From an uncultured Acidobacteriota bacterium (GTDB lineage: Bacteria; Acidobacteriota; Polarisedimenticolia; J045): a stretch of DNA of 64,000 bases. The stretch's first letter is position 1. Every line of letters starts with the position of its first letter. The stretch spans positions 64,001 to 128,000 of the forward strand of contig CAVPCQ010000039.1 of assembly GCA_963702425.1 (NCBI GenBank), in the 5' to 3' direction. The notes below the pieces were generated by a model, which was given only the letters and a program-made list of their open reading frames with translations, was not told the DNA's origin and searched no databases. Both the position numbers and the translations under genes were made by a program. Below are positions 1 to 9,341 of this stretch, piece after piece.

Positions 1-1710
1 GAGGCGCGGCGCCAGCTGCTGATCGGCTACATCGTCCCCGACTGCCAGCCGGTGGCCTGCGAGCGCGTCCTCGTGGACGGTCAGCCGGCCGAGATGGTTC
101 CCGAGCACGGCTTCGCCGCGCTGGCCGGACAGCGGGAGGTCGTGCTGGGACGCCACAGCTTCCGCGACGCGCCCCCGATGCCGGTCCGGATTCCGCCTGG
201 GGGCAAGGTCCCGCTCGCCGCAACGCTCGAGCAGACCTCGCGCGATCTGGTGGTCACGACGATCCCGCCGGGCGTGACCGTGCGGCTCAACGGGCGGCAG
301 GTGGGCGTCACGGCGTCCGGGCCCGGCGGGCAGCCGGCGTCGCTGCCGCTGACGATCGATTCGCTCGTCCCCGACCACTACGTGCTGGAGTTCGAGGCCC
401 CCTGCCTGCGGAAGGTGGAGCAGCCGGTCGAGCTGATCCTCGACGCGCAGGACCCGGGGGCGCTGGTGCTCGATCCGGTGCGGCTGGAGCCGACGCGCGG
501 CACGCTCGATCTCAAGCCGCCCACGGGCGAAGGGATCGTCACGCTCGACGGACGCGAGGTTCAACCGGCGACGATCGACGCCTGCCCGGGCCGGCACGAG
601 GTTTCATGGACCAGCGGCGGGCGCCGCGTCTTCGTCCAGGCGCTCGATCTCGCGGCCGACGAGACGGTGGTCGTGCGTCCCGTCCCGCGTCCGACCGCGG
701 CCGTCGTCGAGGGGACGGGCCCGAACCTCCCGGCGGGGCTGGCCGCCGGCTGGAACATCGTCACGATCCCGGCCGAGCCGGGCGCCGCGCTCGTCAGCCG
801 CGCGGCCGCGGCGATCGCCGGCCCCGCGGATTCGCCGCCTCTGGTCCCCGCCGCGCGCCGGCTCCCGGCCGGGGAACTGGCGGAACTGGTGCGGCGCGCC
901 GCCCCCGAGGCAGACCTGCTGATCCTGCCGCTACCCGGGGGCGACGCCGCGCGCCGCCTGCAGCGACTCGCGATCGTCGACCCGTCGCGCGGGCTGATCG
1001 AATGGACGGCCTGGTCGGAGCGCGATGCCGTCGCGGCGCGGACGGTCTCGGACCGGCTCGCGGGCAAGGACCTGTCATTGATCGTCCCGTTCTTCGGGGT
1101 GGACCTGGCGCGGACGCGCGGCGGCCTGGTGATCGCCGGCGTGCTGCCCGACGGACCCGGAGCGGCGGCCGGCCTCGTTCCGGGAATGCAGGTGCTGACG
1201 ATCGGCGGGCGCGGCGCGGAATCGTTCGAGGGCCCGCTCGAGACGCTGGCCGGCGCGCTGCCCGGCAAGGCGGTCGGGATTCGGGTGCGCGGCACCGGCG
1301 GTGAGTCGGACTTCAGGGTCACTCCCGTGCCGGCGATCGACGCCCCGATCCCGGCGCAGCGCGCCCAGGGTCTGCTGTTGCCCGACGTCGCGCGGCTCGA
1401 CGTGCTGCGCGTCGCCGGCAGCGAGCACGAGCGGGCGGCCGCGTCGGTGCGGGCGGCGCTGCTGCTGGCGGCAGCGGGTTCCGATGAGCTCGCGGCCCAG
1501 GCGCTGGACCGCGTGACGGTCGACGAGCGCCTCGATCCGGCCGGCGACGCCTGGGGGACGGTGCTCTACGTGCAGGAGACGGTGGCGCGCCGGCTCGGCC
1601 GGAAGGACCTGGCCCAAGCCGCGCACGCGCAATGGTCGGGGCTGAAGGAGGCGCGGCTCGGCGGCCGCCTCGGACCGCCGCTCGCCGCGGCGGCCGGCAC
1701 GGCGGATTGA
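1..1710 (+). CDS. PEGA-domain and PDZ-domain protein (5'-partial)
   Basis: Frame is open from base 1. PEGA-like 'LVVTTIPPGVTVRLNGRQVGVT' and PDZ-like 'GLVIAGVLPDGPGAAAGLVPGMQVLTIGG'. Confidence 0.7.
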   Translation, partial: EARRQLLIGYIVPDCQPVACERVLVDGQPAEMVPEHGFAALAGQREVVLGRHSFRDAPPMPVRIPPGGKVPLAATLEQTSRDLVVTTIPPGVTVRLNGRQVGVTASGPGGQPASLPLTIDSLVPDHYVLEFEAPCLRKVEQPVELILDAQDPGALVLDPVRLEPTRGTLDLKPPTGEGIVTLDGREVQPATIDACPGRHEVSWTSGGRRVFVQALDLAADETVVVRPVPRPTAAVVEGTGPNLPAGLAAGWNIVTIPAEPGAALVSRAAAAIAGPADSPPLVPAARRLPAGELAELVRRAAPEADLLILPLPGGDAARRLQRLAIVDPSRGLIEWTAWSERDAVAARTVSDRLAGKDLSLIVPFFGVDLARTRGGLVIAGVLPDGPGAAAGLVPGMQVLTIGGRGAESFEGPLETLAGALPGKAVGIRVRGTGGESDFRVTPVPAIDAPIPAQRAQGLLLPDVARLDVLRVAGSEHERAAASVRAALLLAAAGSDELAAQALDRVTVDERLDPAGDAWGTVLYVQETVARRLGRKDLAQAAHAQWSGLKEARLGGRLGPPLAAAAGTAD

Positions 1711-1789
1711 CGCGGCACGGGCCGACCCGCGTAGAATCGGGCGCGTGCTCGGCGCCCCCCGGACGGGAACGACCTCGCGCGGGAGCCAG

Positions 1790-2353
1790 ATGCCCCAGCC
1801 CCTGGACCAGGATGCACTCGGCGCGACGCTCGGTGCGCTGTTGGCCTGCGTCGAGCGCCCCGCCGTGGCGATCGCCGCCGACGGCGGGATGATCGCGGCC
1901 AACACCGCGTTCGTCGAGCTCGCGCGCCGCGTCGCGCGCGGCTGGCCCGTCGCCGCTGAGGCGCTGCTCGCCCCGTCCGAGCACGCCCTCTTCCGCGCCC
2001 TCGTGCCGCACGCGATCGCGCCCGAGAGTTGGCGCGCGACGTTCGCCGACGGGGCCGCGCGCACGATCCGGGCCCAGGTGGTGCCGGTGATCGGCGCGTC
2101 GCTGGTGATCGTCGACGACGCGGTGGGGTCGTCGGCCGCGGCGGCGAACAGCGAGGCCGAGCTGCGGCACGATGTCGCGGGGCCGCTGACGGCGGTCCTC
2201 GGCACGGCCGAGCTGATGTTGATGAAGGGGGCCGACCTGCCGCCCGCGGTGCGCGACGGGCTGACGCGGATCGTCCAGCACTGTGGCCGCATCTCCGAGA
2301 TTCTCGCCTCCAACCGGGCCCGCGAGGGCTCGCGCCGCGGCAGGACGGCGTGA
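1790..2353 (+). CDS. PAS-like plus HisKA (H-box) protein lacking an HATPase domain
   Basis: PAS-like 'AVAIAADGGMIAANTAFVEL' and H-box 'ELRHDVAGPLTAVLGTAELML'. ORF ends right after the dimerisation helices; stop overlaps the next start (GTGA). Confidence 0.7.
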   Translation: MPQPLDQDALGATLGALLACVERPAVAIAADGGMIAANTAFVELARRVARGWPVAAEALLAPSEHALFRALVPHAIAPESWRATFADGAARTIRAQVVPVIGASLVIVDDAVGSSAAAANSEAELRHDVAGPLTAVLGTAELMLMKGADLPPAVRDGLTRIVQHCGRISEILASNRAREGSRRGRTA

Positions 2354-3819
2354 GCGACCCGCGGCCCCCCGCCGCCGTGCCCGGCGGCAAGATCCTGCTC
2401 GTCGACGACGACCGCGCGCTGCGCGAGATGGCTGCCGGATTCCTGCGCTCGCTCGGCCACGAGGTGGATGACGTTGCGACGCTCGAGCAGGCCCGCGCGC
2501 GGATCCGAGCCCGGCCCTACGAGCTGGTGCTGGCCGATCTGATCCTGGAGCGCGGGACCGGCCTCGACCTGCTGGCGGAGGTGCGCGACGCGTCGATCCC
2601 CTGCGAGGTGATCATCATGACCGGGCACGGCGGGATCGAGTCGGCCGTGCAGGCGATCCGCGAAGGGGCGTACGACTACGTGACGAAGCCGCTCTCGCTG
2701 ACGCGACTCGCGCTGGACGTCGCGCGCGCGCTCGAGAAGCGCAGGCTCGAGCAGGACGTGCAGCGGCTGGCGGCGGCGAAGGACAGCGCCTTCGGCGGGA
2801 TCACCGCCGCCTCGGCCGCGATGCGCCCGGTCGTGTCGCTGCTGCGCCGCGCCGCGGACAGCGACAGCAACCTCCTGCTGCTCGGCGAGTCGGGCACCGG
2901 CAAGGAGGTCGCGGCGCGCGCGGTTCACGAGCACTCCCGCCGCGCGGCCCGGCCGTTCGTCGCCGTCCATTGCGGTGCGCTGCCGGCGGAGCTCCTCGAG
3001 AGCGAACTGTTCGGCCACGTGAAGGGGTCGTTCACCGGCGCCGAGCGCGAGCGCAAGGGGCTCTTCCTCGCGGCGCAAGGCGGAACCCTGTTCCTGGACG
3101 AGGTCGGCACCGCGCCGGCACGCGTTCAGGTCGGTCTGCTGCGTGCGCTGCAGGAGCGTCGCGTCCGGCCGGTTGGCGCCGAGCAGGACCTGGCGGTCGA
3201 CGTACGGATCGTCGCCGCGACCAACGCCGACCTCGATACCGAGATGGCGGAGGGGCGTTTCCGCCTCGACCTCTACTACCGCCTGGCGACCTTCGTCGTC
3301 CAGATCCCGCCGCTGCGGGAGCGGCGCGAGGACATTCCGCTGCTCGTCGGGCCGCTGCTCGAGGAGGCGGTGCGCCGTTCGGGGCGCAAAGCGACCGTCT
3401 CCCCGCGGGCGCTGGCCCGGCTCGCCGGCTACGACTGGCCGGGCAACGTCCGCGAGCTGGCACACGTGCTCGAGCGCGCGGTCCTGCTGGCCGAGGGATC
3501 GGTGATCCGCGAGCAGGACCTGCCGCTTCCCGCTCCGGCGGAGCCCGGGGGGGAGGTGGCGACCCTCGAGGAGGTCGAGCGCCGGCACATCGAGCGGGTC
3601 CTGGCGCTCTGCGGGGGGAACAAGGTCCGGGCGGCCCGCCTGCTCGGGATCCCGCGGCCGAACCTCTACCGGAAACTCGAGCGGTACGGGCTCGAGGCCG
3701 GGCCGTTCCCGGGCGAACCGCACCCGCACGACGAGCCGGTGGAGGCCGCGTCGGGCCAGCCGGCCGAGCCCGCCGCGCCGACCGCAGCCGCGCGCCGGCG
3801 CCAATCGAACCTCTTCTGA
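2350..3819 (+). CDS. Sigma-54-dependent response regulator (NtrC family: REC, AAA+, Fis HTH)
   Basis: 'KILLVDDD', Walker A 'GESGTGKE', 'ESELFGHVKGSFTGA', 'GTLFLDEV', 'WPGNVREL', HTH 'GNKVRAARLLGIPRPNLYRKL'. Confidence 0.95.
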   Translation: MSDPRPPAAVPGGKILLVDDDRALREMAAGFLRSLGHEVDDVATLEQARARIRARPYELVLADLILERGTGLDLLAEVRDASIPCEVIIMTGHGGIESAVQAIREGAYDYVTKPLSLTRLALDVARALEKRRLEQDVQRLAAAKDSAFGGITAASAAMRPVVSLLRRAADSDSNLLLLGESGTGKEVAARAVHEHSRRAARPFVAVHCGALPAELLESELFGHVKGSFTGAERERKGLFLAAQGGTLFLDEVGTAPARVQVGLLRALQERRVRPVGAEQDLAVDVRIVAATNADLDTEMAEGRFRLDLYYRLATFVVQIPPLRERREDIPLLVGPLLEEAVRRSGRKATVSPRALARLAGYDWPGNVRELAHVLERAVLLAEGSVIREQDLPLPAPAEPGGEVATLEEVERRHIERVLALCGGNKVRAARLLGIPRPNLYRKLERYGLEAGPFPGEPHPHDEPVEAASGQPAEPAAPTAAARRRQSNLF

Positions 3820-3894
3820 CCCGGTCCTGAGCCGCGCAGCCCGCCGCTGCCCCCGGGGGGTCTCGCCGGGCGTCTGGCGGTCTCGGCGGCCCCG

Positions 3895-4050
3895 CTGTCC
3901 GTGAACGGACAGGTCCGAGAGCCCCGCCAGCCCGAAATCAGGCCGAAGTCCGGCCTTCGCGCCCCGTGGACCCCGCTTTCGGGCAGCCCGGAGGGCCGAA
4001 GTGTCAATAAATTGCACCTTCTCGAGCGAGGCCTGTCTCCCGGCGGACAG
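3895..4050. promoter_or_regulatory. Candidate enhancer (UAS) sites CTGTC-N8-GACAG
   Basis: CTGTCCGT-GA-ACGGACAG (3895-3912, perfect 8-bp arms), CTGTCTCCCGGCGGACAG (4033-4050) and degenerate TGTCAATAAATTGCAC (4002-4017), all upstream of the -24/-12 promoter. Confidence 0.55.
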
Positions 4051-4156
4051 TTTCCGTCCGGCGGGACGCGGGCCGGCCGCCACTTTTCGCGCGCGTCCTC
4101 GCGAAAGTTCCTGAAACCACGGCCGAAGAGAGGTTCAGACCGCGACGCTGCGGGGG

Positions 4157-4172
4157 TGGCACAACGGTTGCT
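4157..4172 (+). promoter_or_regulatory. Sigma-54 (-24/-12) promoter
   Basis: TGGCAC-AACGG-TTGCT matches the consensus TGGCAC-N5-TTGCW; about 45 nt upstream of the ATG at 4217. Confidence 0.85.
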
Positions 4173-4216
4173 CTTCGTTCCCGCAAATGCGCAATGACCG
4201 AGCCGATGGAGTCGAA

Positions 4217-4546
4217 ATGAAGGAGCAGGCACAAGGGGCCGTCCGGCCCGTCACGAAGACCGACGAGGCCGTGCGGCGCCTGCGCCCCGTGGACGGCTTC
4301 GTGGTCGGCGGCGACGCCGAGTGGGTGGGCGGACAGAACCTCTGGCTGCTGCTCTCCCGCCCGGGCGAGCGCCTGATCGACTTCTTCGTCGAGGACGACG
4401 ACCAGGAGCTTTCGCCCGACCCGGTGCCCTGCGCCTGCGCGGGGATCCTCCCGGACGGCACGGTGGTGATCGGAGAGGTCGACTGGGAACTCGACCGCTT
4501 CCTGTCGGAGATGTTGGACGAGCAGGGGAACGCCGCCGCGCGCTAG
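4217..4546 (+). CDS. Small acidic hypothetical protein
   Basis: GGAG RBS before ATG, host-like codon usage, first gene after the sigma-54 promoter. Confidence 0.7.
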   Translation: MKEQAQGAVRPVTKTDEAVRRLRPVDGFVVGGDAEWVGGQNLWLLLSRPGERLIDFFVEDDDQELSPDPVPCACAGILPDGTVVIGEVDWELDRFLSEMLDEQGNAAAR

Positions 4547-4572
4547 GCGCGGGGCAGGGGGTCAGGAGCGCC

Positions 4573-4836
4573 ATGATGACGAGTCCGTGCGAAGTGCTGC
4601 CGCGTGAAGACAAGGCGAAGCAACCGGCCGAGCCGCTCTACGACCGGCTGATCCCGGCCACCCGCGACGACCTCCTCCGAATCGAAGCCGGCGCCACCGC
4701 GCAGGCGATCCACGCCGCCGTGGACGATGGCGCGCGGCCGGTCGAGATCCACTTCGCCGGGCGGACGATCCACGCCCGCCCGCTCGACACCCGGCGCTTC
4801 GTCCGGGCGATGAGCCGTTTCGTCAGCCTCAACTGA
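4573..4836 (+). CDS. Small hypothetical protein
   Basis: AGGAG RBS, ATG at 4573, coding-like GC3. Confidence 0.65.
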   Translation: MMTSPCEVLPREDKAKQPAEPLYDRLIPATRDDLLRIEAGATAQAIHAAVDDGARPVEIHFAGRTIHARPLDTRRFVRAMSRFVSLN

Positions 4837-4851
4837 GGAGCCGGGTCGACG

Positions 4852-5466
4852 ATGACTGCAGGCCTCGTCTCGCGGGAGCCGCGCGTTCTCGGGGGGCGGC
4901 TCATGGCGGCGCTGGCGTCGCAGGCCACGCACGACCTCAACAACCACCTCACCGCGGTGCTCGGCAAGGCCGAGTTCGGCCTGCTCGTCGCCGACCCCGA
5001 ACGCAAGACCGCCGCGCTCTCGGGGGTGCTGGAGGCGGGCGATGCCGCGCGGCGCCTGGTGGCCGACCTGCAGCGGCTCGCGGCCTTCAGCGAGGGGGTG
5101 GGCGATCCCGTTCCCGCGGCCGAGGTCGCCCTGCTCGCGACCCGCCTGCTCGACCGCCGGCTGCGGCGCGCGGGGATCGAAGTGCGCTGCCGCGGCACGG
5201 GGCCCGGTCCGGCCCGGCCGCGCGCGGCGGCGGCGGCGCTGGCGCTCTGGTGCGCATTGCGCCGTCTGCTCGAGGACAGCGTGGGCGCGGCCCCTCACGC
5301 CTGGGACCTGTCCGTCACCTCCGCCGGGCGCGACGACGAGATCGCGGTCCGGATCGAGGGGGCGAAGCTCCAGCGGGGCACGCTCGACGCGCTCGCGATC
5401 CAGCTCGCCGACGTCGAGGCGCGGCTGGAACGGCAGGGAGAGTCGCTCGTGGTCGTTCTTTCCTAG
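4852..5466 (+). CDS. HisKA protein with degenerate HATPase-like C-terminus
   Basis: H-box 'ATHDLNNHLTAVLGKAEF'; no recognisable N, G1, F or G2 boxes; GAGGAG RBS. Confidence 0.7.
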   Translation: MTAGLVSREPRVLGGRLMAALASQATHDLNNHLTAVLGKAEFGLLVADPERKTAALSGVLEAGDAARRLVADLQRLAAFSEGVGDPVPAAEVALLATRLLDRRLRRAGIEVRCRGTGPGPARPRAAAAALALWCALRRLLEDSVGAAPHAWDLSVTSAGRDDEIAVRIEGAKLQRGTLDALAIQLADVEARLERQGESLVVVLS

Positions 5467-5478
5467 AAGTCCGAAGGG

Positions 5479-6552
5479 TCAGGCGAACCCGCGCCGCCGG
5501 TGGCCGGCCACGACCCCCGCGAAGAGCACGAAGACGAAGATCGCGCCGCTGACCGAGCCGGGAAGCACCGGGCGCCCCGTCGCGTCGACGAAGGTCGGCA
5601 GCAGATTCGCCAGCGCCAGGTTCAGCGCGATGTGCGCGATCATCACGAGGTAGAGGTTTCGCGACGCCTCGAGCAGCAGGCCGAGCATCACCGACATCGC
5701 GAAGACGAACGAGAGCGCGCCGAGGTTGCGCCGCAGGTCGGCCGACGGATCGACGTGCTCGAGCGTGAAGCTGGCGGAGATCGCGGCGATCGCGGTCAGC
5801 CTTCCCAGCCGGTGCTCGTCGAGGCCCAGCCGCGCCAGCATCCGCACCAGCGCGTTCTGCAGCATCCCGCGGTAGAAGAGCTCCTCGGCCACTCCCCTCA
5901 CGACCTGCGCGGCGATCGCCGTCGCCAGCACCCGCGGAGCGGCCGCCGGAACGCCGAGCTGCGCGCCGGCGAGGAACCCGGTGACGAGGACGACCGCGGT
6001 CGTGATGCCCCAGGCGACGAGCGCCAGGCCCAGGGCGGAGGCCAGCCGGGCGCGCGTCGCGAAAACCGCCAGGCGCGGGTAGACCTGCCGCAGGACCGGC
6101 AGGAGAGCGAACGCGGCGCCGAGCAGCCCGAGACCCGTCCAGAGCCGGTACAGCGCGTCCGCCATCCGAGGGGCGGCGGAGTGCGGTCCGATCCAGTCGA
6201 ACGCCCCGGTCAGGAGATCACTCGTGATCCACTTCTCGCCGAGCAGGACGACGACCAGCGGCAGGAGCTGGGCCATCGTCGGTTCGTCGGGGCTCGGCGG
6301 GTCGCTCCAGAGATCGAGGTCGCGGCGGCGGCCGGCGAGTTCGAGCATCAGAAGCAGGAAGAACGCGGTGAAGAGCAGGCTGGAGACCGCGTCCGGCAGG
6401 CCCGGCCAGCGCGGTGTGCCGGCGTGAAACGACCGCAAGAGGCCCGAGGTCGCGATCGCCGAGACGAGCATCAGCGCGATTGCCGCACGGACCCACGGCG
6501 CGCGTGCCGGGGAGGCCGGTGGGCCGGCAGAGCGGGAAGCGGCGTCGGACAA
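5479..6552 (-). CDS. CPBP (CAAX/Abi) intramembrane glutamic endopeptidase
   Basis: Multiple TM segments; 'AEELFYRG', 'FTLEH' and 'AHIALN' motifs. Start uncertain. Confidence 0.85.
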   Translation of the reverse strand: MSDAASRSAGPPASPARAPWVRAAIALMLVSAIATSGLLRSFHAGTPRWPGLPDAVSSLLFTAFFLLLMLELAGRRRDLDLWSDPPSPDEPTMAQLLPLVVVLLGEKWITSDLLTGAFDWIGPHSAAPRMADALYRLWTGLGLLGAAFALLPVLRQVYPRLAVFATRARLASALGLALVAWGITTAVVLVTGFLAGAQLGVPAAAPRVLATAIAAQVVRGVAEELFYRGMLQNALVRMLARLGLDEHRLGRLTAIAAISASFTLEHVDPSADLRRNLGALSFVFAMSVMLGLLLEASRNLYLVMIAHIALNLALANLLPTFVDATGRPVLPGSVSGAIFVFVLFAGVVAGHRRRGFA

Positions 6553-6649
6553 GCGGTCCTGAATCCTCGGCGGCGGGGCCCGGAGCGGGCCGCTGAGGAA
6601 TTATGATCCGCGTGGCGGTCGCGTGCGGCCGGCCGGAGCGAGGCGCCCC

Positions 6650-7312
6650 ATGACCCAGACGACGTCGCAGGCGAACTACACGGTTCCGGTGCTGGTCGGC
6701 GGGCTCGTCGGTGCGGTCCTGGCGGTCGTCCCGCCGTGCTGCTGCCTCTTCTGCCTCAACGCCGTCATCGCCGGGGCGATCGCCGGCGCGATGTACACGC
6801 GCTCGGCGGGCTTCCCGCCGATCGAGCGCGGGGCGCTGATCGGGGCCCTTGCGGGGGCCCTGGCCGGGGCGGGGCGGTCGGTGCTCGGGGCGCTCTGGAA
6901 CGCCGCCATGAGCTCGTGGACGGAAGGCTGGGTCGATCAGCTCGCGCGCTACGGTGACGCCGAGGCACGCGAGCTGATCGACCAGCTGGGAGCACTCGAG
7001 TCCTCCAGCGGGCCGGGTTGGTTCCTCGCCGGGCTGGTCACGAGCGTCGGCGTCGGGGCCCTCCTGGGGGCCGCCGGCGGAATGCTCGGAGTGGTGCTCG
7101 CGCGCCGCCAGCCACCCCCGCCCCCGCCGCCGCGCTACGACATCCCGCCGATGCCCCCGCCGCCGCCGACATCGGGAGCCGGTTTGTCGCCGAACCCGCC
7201 GTCGCCCGCCGCGGATCCAGGGAGTGCTGGCCCCCCGGCCGCGCTCCCCTGGCCCCCGCCCCCGCCCGGAACCGCCGACGGCGATCCACCGGCGGGAGGG
7301 AGCGCCGGCTGA
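6650..7312 (+). CDS. Membrane protein with CCCxxC motif and Pro-rich tail
   Basis: Gly-rich TM helices, 'PPCCCLFCLN', poly-Pro C-terminus. Confidence 0.7.
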   Translation: MTQTTSQANYTVPVLVGGLVGAVLAVVPPCCCLFCLNAVIAGAIAGAMYTRSAGFPPIERGALIGALAGALAGAGRSVLGALWNAAMSSWTEGWVDQLARYGDAEARELIDQLGALESSSGPGWFLAGLVTSVGVGALLGAAGGMLGVVLARRQPPPPPPPRYDIPPMPPPPPTSGAGLSPNPPSPAADPGSAGPPAALPWPPPPPGTADGDPPAGGSAG

Positions 7313-7329
7313 ACCACGGCCCGCCGAGG

Positions 7330-7429
7330 TGGCGGAAGCGTGTGGGAATCGAACCCACCCGTGACCGGTGCGACCGACCACGCGACCGGTTTTGAAGACC
7401 GGGAGGGCCACCAGGCCCCATGCGCTTCC
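7330..7429 (-). tRNA. selC: tRNA-Sec (anticodon UCA)
   Basis: Minus strand GGAAGCGC...CCGGT-CTTCAAA-ACCGG...GGGTTCGATTCCC...GCTTCCGCCA; 6-bp D-stem with 4-nt loop, long variable arm, encoded CCA. Confidence 0.95.
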
Positions 7430-7621
7430 AGGCGCGAGAGATGGGCCGATTGTACCCGGGGTCGCGCAGCCGGGACGGGCGCCCGCCCGAGGGGGTGGAC
7501 CGGGACCCCCCCGACAGGTTAGATTCTCCCGCCCATCTCGTTGAGGGGGGGAGGAGCCCGGCGCGTGCCGGGACAGCAGCTGCCGCCAAGGCGAGGCCAC
7601 GACCGGGTTCAACGTCTGATC

Positions 7622-8197
7622 ATGGGTAAGCGACTCTTCGTAGGAAACCTCCCCTACACCGCCACCGCTGACGAACTGCGGGCGTTGTTCGCGGAGCTCG
7701 GCGACGTCACCGACGTCCACATCGTCATGGACCGCGAGACCCAGCGTCCGCGCGGCTTCGCTTTCGTCTCGTACGCTTCGGACGAAATCGCGGCCAAGGC
7801 GGCGGTGGAGATGAACGGCCGCTCGTTCGGCGGCCGTCCGCTCGTGGTCAACGAGGCGCGCGAGCGCGGCGAGGGCCCGCCCCCGGGGGCGAGGCCGTCC
7901 GGCCCGCGCCCCGGCGGATTCGGCGACCGCCCGCCGCGTCCCGGCGGTTTCGGCGATCGTCCGCCGCGCCCACCCGGCAGCGGTCCCGGCGGACCGCGCC
8001 CCGGTGGGTTCCGCGGCCCGCGCGGCGCGCCGATGCCGCCGCCTGAACCGCTGCCGACGGAAGAGCGCCGCCCGCGCACCGTGCCCAAGAAGAAGGCCGA
8101 GTTCGACCGCGACCGCGTGCCCACCGGGCGCCCGCGCGAGGATGAGGAAGAGAAGGGCGGCGCCAGTTGGCGGCAGTGGATCGACGAGGAAGAGTAG
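7622..8197 (+). CDS. RRM RNA-binding protein with long Gly/Pro/Arg tail
   Basis: RNP2 'RLFVGNL', RNP1 'RGFAFV', 'LVVNEARER'. Confidence 0.92.
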   Translation: MGKRLFVGNLPYTATADELRALFAELGDVTDVHIVMDRETQRPRGFAFVSYASDEIAAKAAVEMNGRSFGGRPLVVNEARERGEGPPPGARPSGPRPGGFGDRPPRPGGFGDRPPRPPGSGPGGPRPGGFRGPRGAPMPPPEPLPTEERRPRTVPKKKAEFDRDRVPTGRPREDEEEKGGASWRQWIDEEE

Positions 8198-8276
8198 CGC
8201 CCGTTCGCGTCCTACGAATCGCGCGCCCGCGCATGTCCCCAGGTCGATCGCACGCCAAGCGGCTGCTCTCGGTTCG

Positions 8277-9276
8277 CTAGCCCTGCCCCGGGTGGCTCGG
8301 CAGGCGCGCCCAGTCCTCGACTCCGCGCTCCGGCTCGAGCTGGATCGTCGTGTGGTGGATGTCGAACCGCGACGGCGAGCAGGCGGTTGACCCGCGCCAG
8401 CGTGGCCTGGGGCTCGTCCCCGCTGCACATCCGGACGTGCGCCGACAGCGCCACGCGCCCGGGGGTGACGCACCAGACGTGCAGGTCGTGAACCGCCGAG
8501 ATTCCGGCCTCGGCGACGAGCGCGCGCTCGATCGCCGCCGCGTCCTTGCCCGCCGGCGCGACGTCGAGCAGCACCTCCGCCGCCTCGCGCAGGATCCGCC
8601 AGGCCGAGACGGCGATCAGCGCCGCGACCGCGAGGCTCGCGGCCGGGTCGGCCCAGCTCCAGCCGAAGGCCAGGATCGCCAGCGCGGCGAGGATCGCCGC
8701 GCCCGAGCCGAGCAGGTCGCCCAGCACGTGGATCACGGCGGCGCGCAGGTTGAGATTCCGCGCGAGGTCGTCGTCGCGGGCCTGACCGGGACCGTCGGCG
8801 TGAGCGTGGCCGTGGCCGCCCCGGTGGCGCAGCACGAGCAGGACCACGAGGTTCACGACGAAGCCGATCGACGCGACGATCAGCATCAGCCGCCCGTCGA
8901 TCTCGACCGGGCGGAGACCGGCCAGCCGCAGCACCGCCTCGTACGCGATCCGCACGAGCAGCAGCCAGAGCAGCACGGCGTTGGCCAGCGCGGCCAGCAC
9001 CTCGGCGCGGTGAAAGCCGAAGGTGAAGCGCGCGGTGTGGGGGCGGGTCGCGATCACCGCGGCGACGAGTGCCAGGACCAGCGCGGCGGAGTCGGCCAGC
9101 ATGTGGACCGCGTCGGCGAGCAGCGCCAGCGAGCCCGAGAGGAACCCGCCGACCGCCTCGACGGCGGCGAAGGCCAGCGTCAGTGCCAGGCCGAACGCAA
9201 GGCGGGCGCGCGCGCTCCGTCCCGCGGAGGCCTCGCGAGCGTGATCCGCATGGTCGTGACCGGCAGCGTCGTGCAT
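8277..9276 (-). CDS. Cation diffusion facilitator (CzcD/ZitB-like), one frameshift near 8370
   Basis: 'SLALLADAVHMLAD', 'HVLGDLLGS', 'VHDLHVW'. Shifting frame near 8370 restores the canonical 'RFDIHHTTIQLE' and a stop at 8277. Confidence 0.9.
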
Positions 9277-9341
9277 GATGCGCGGGGAGCGTAGCCCGCG
9301 AATCGTCCCGGGGGCAAGGCGATCGCGCGGCGGGAGGGGCG

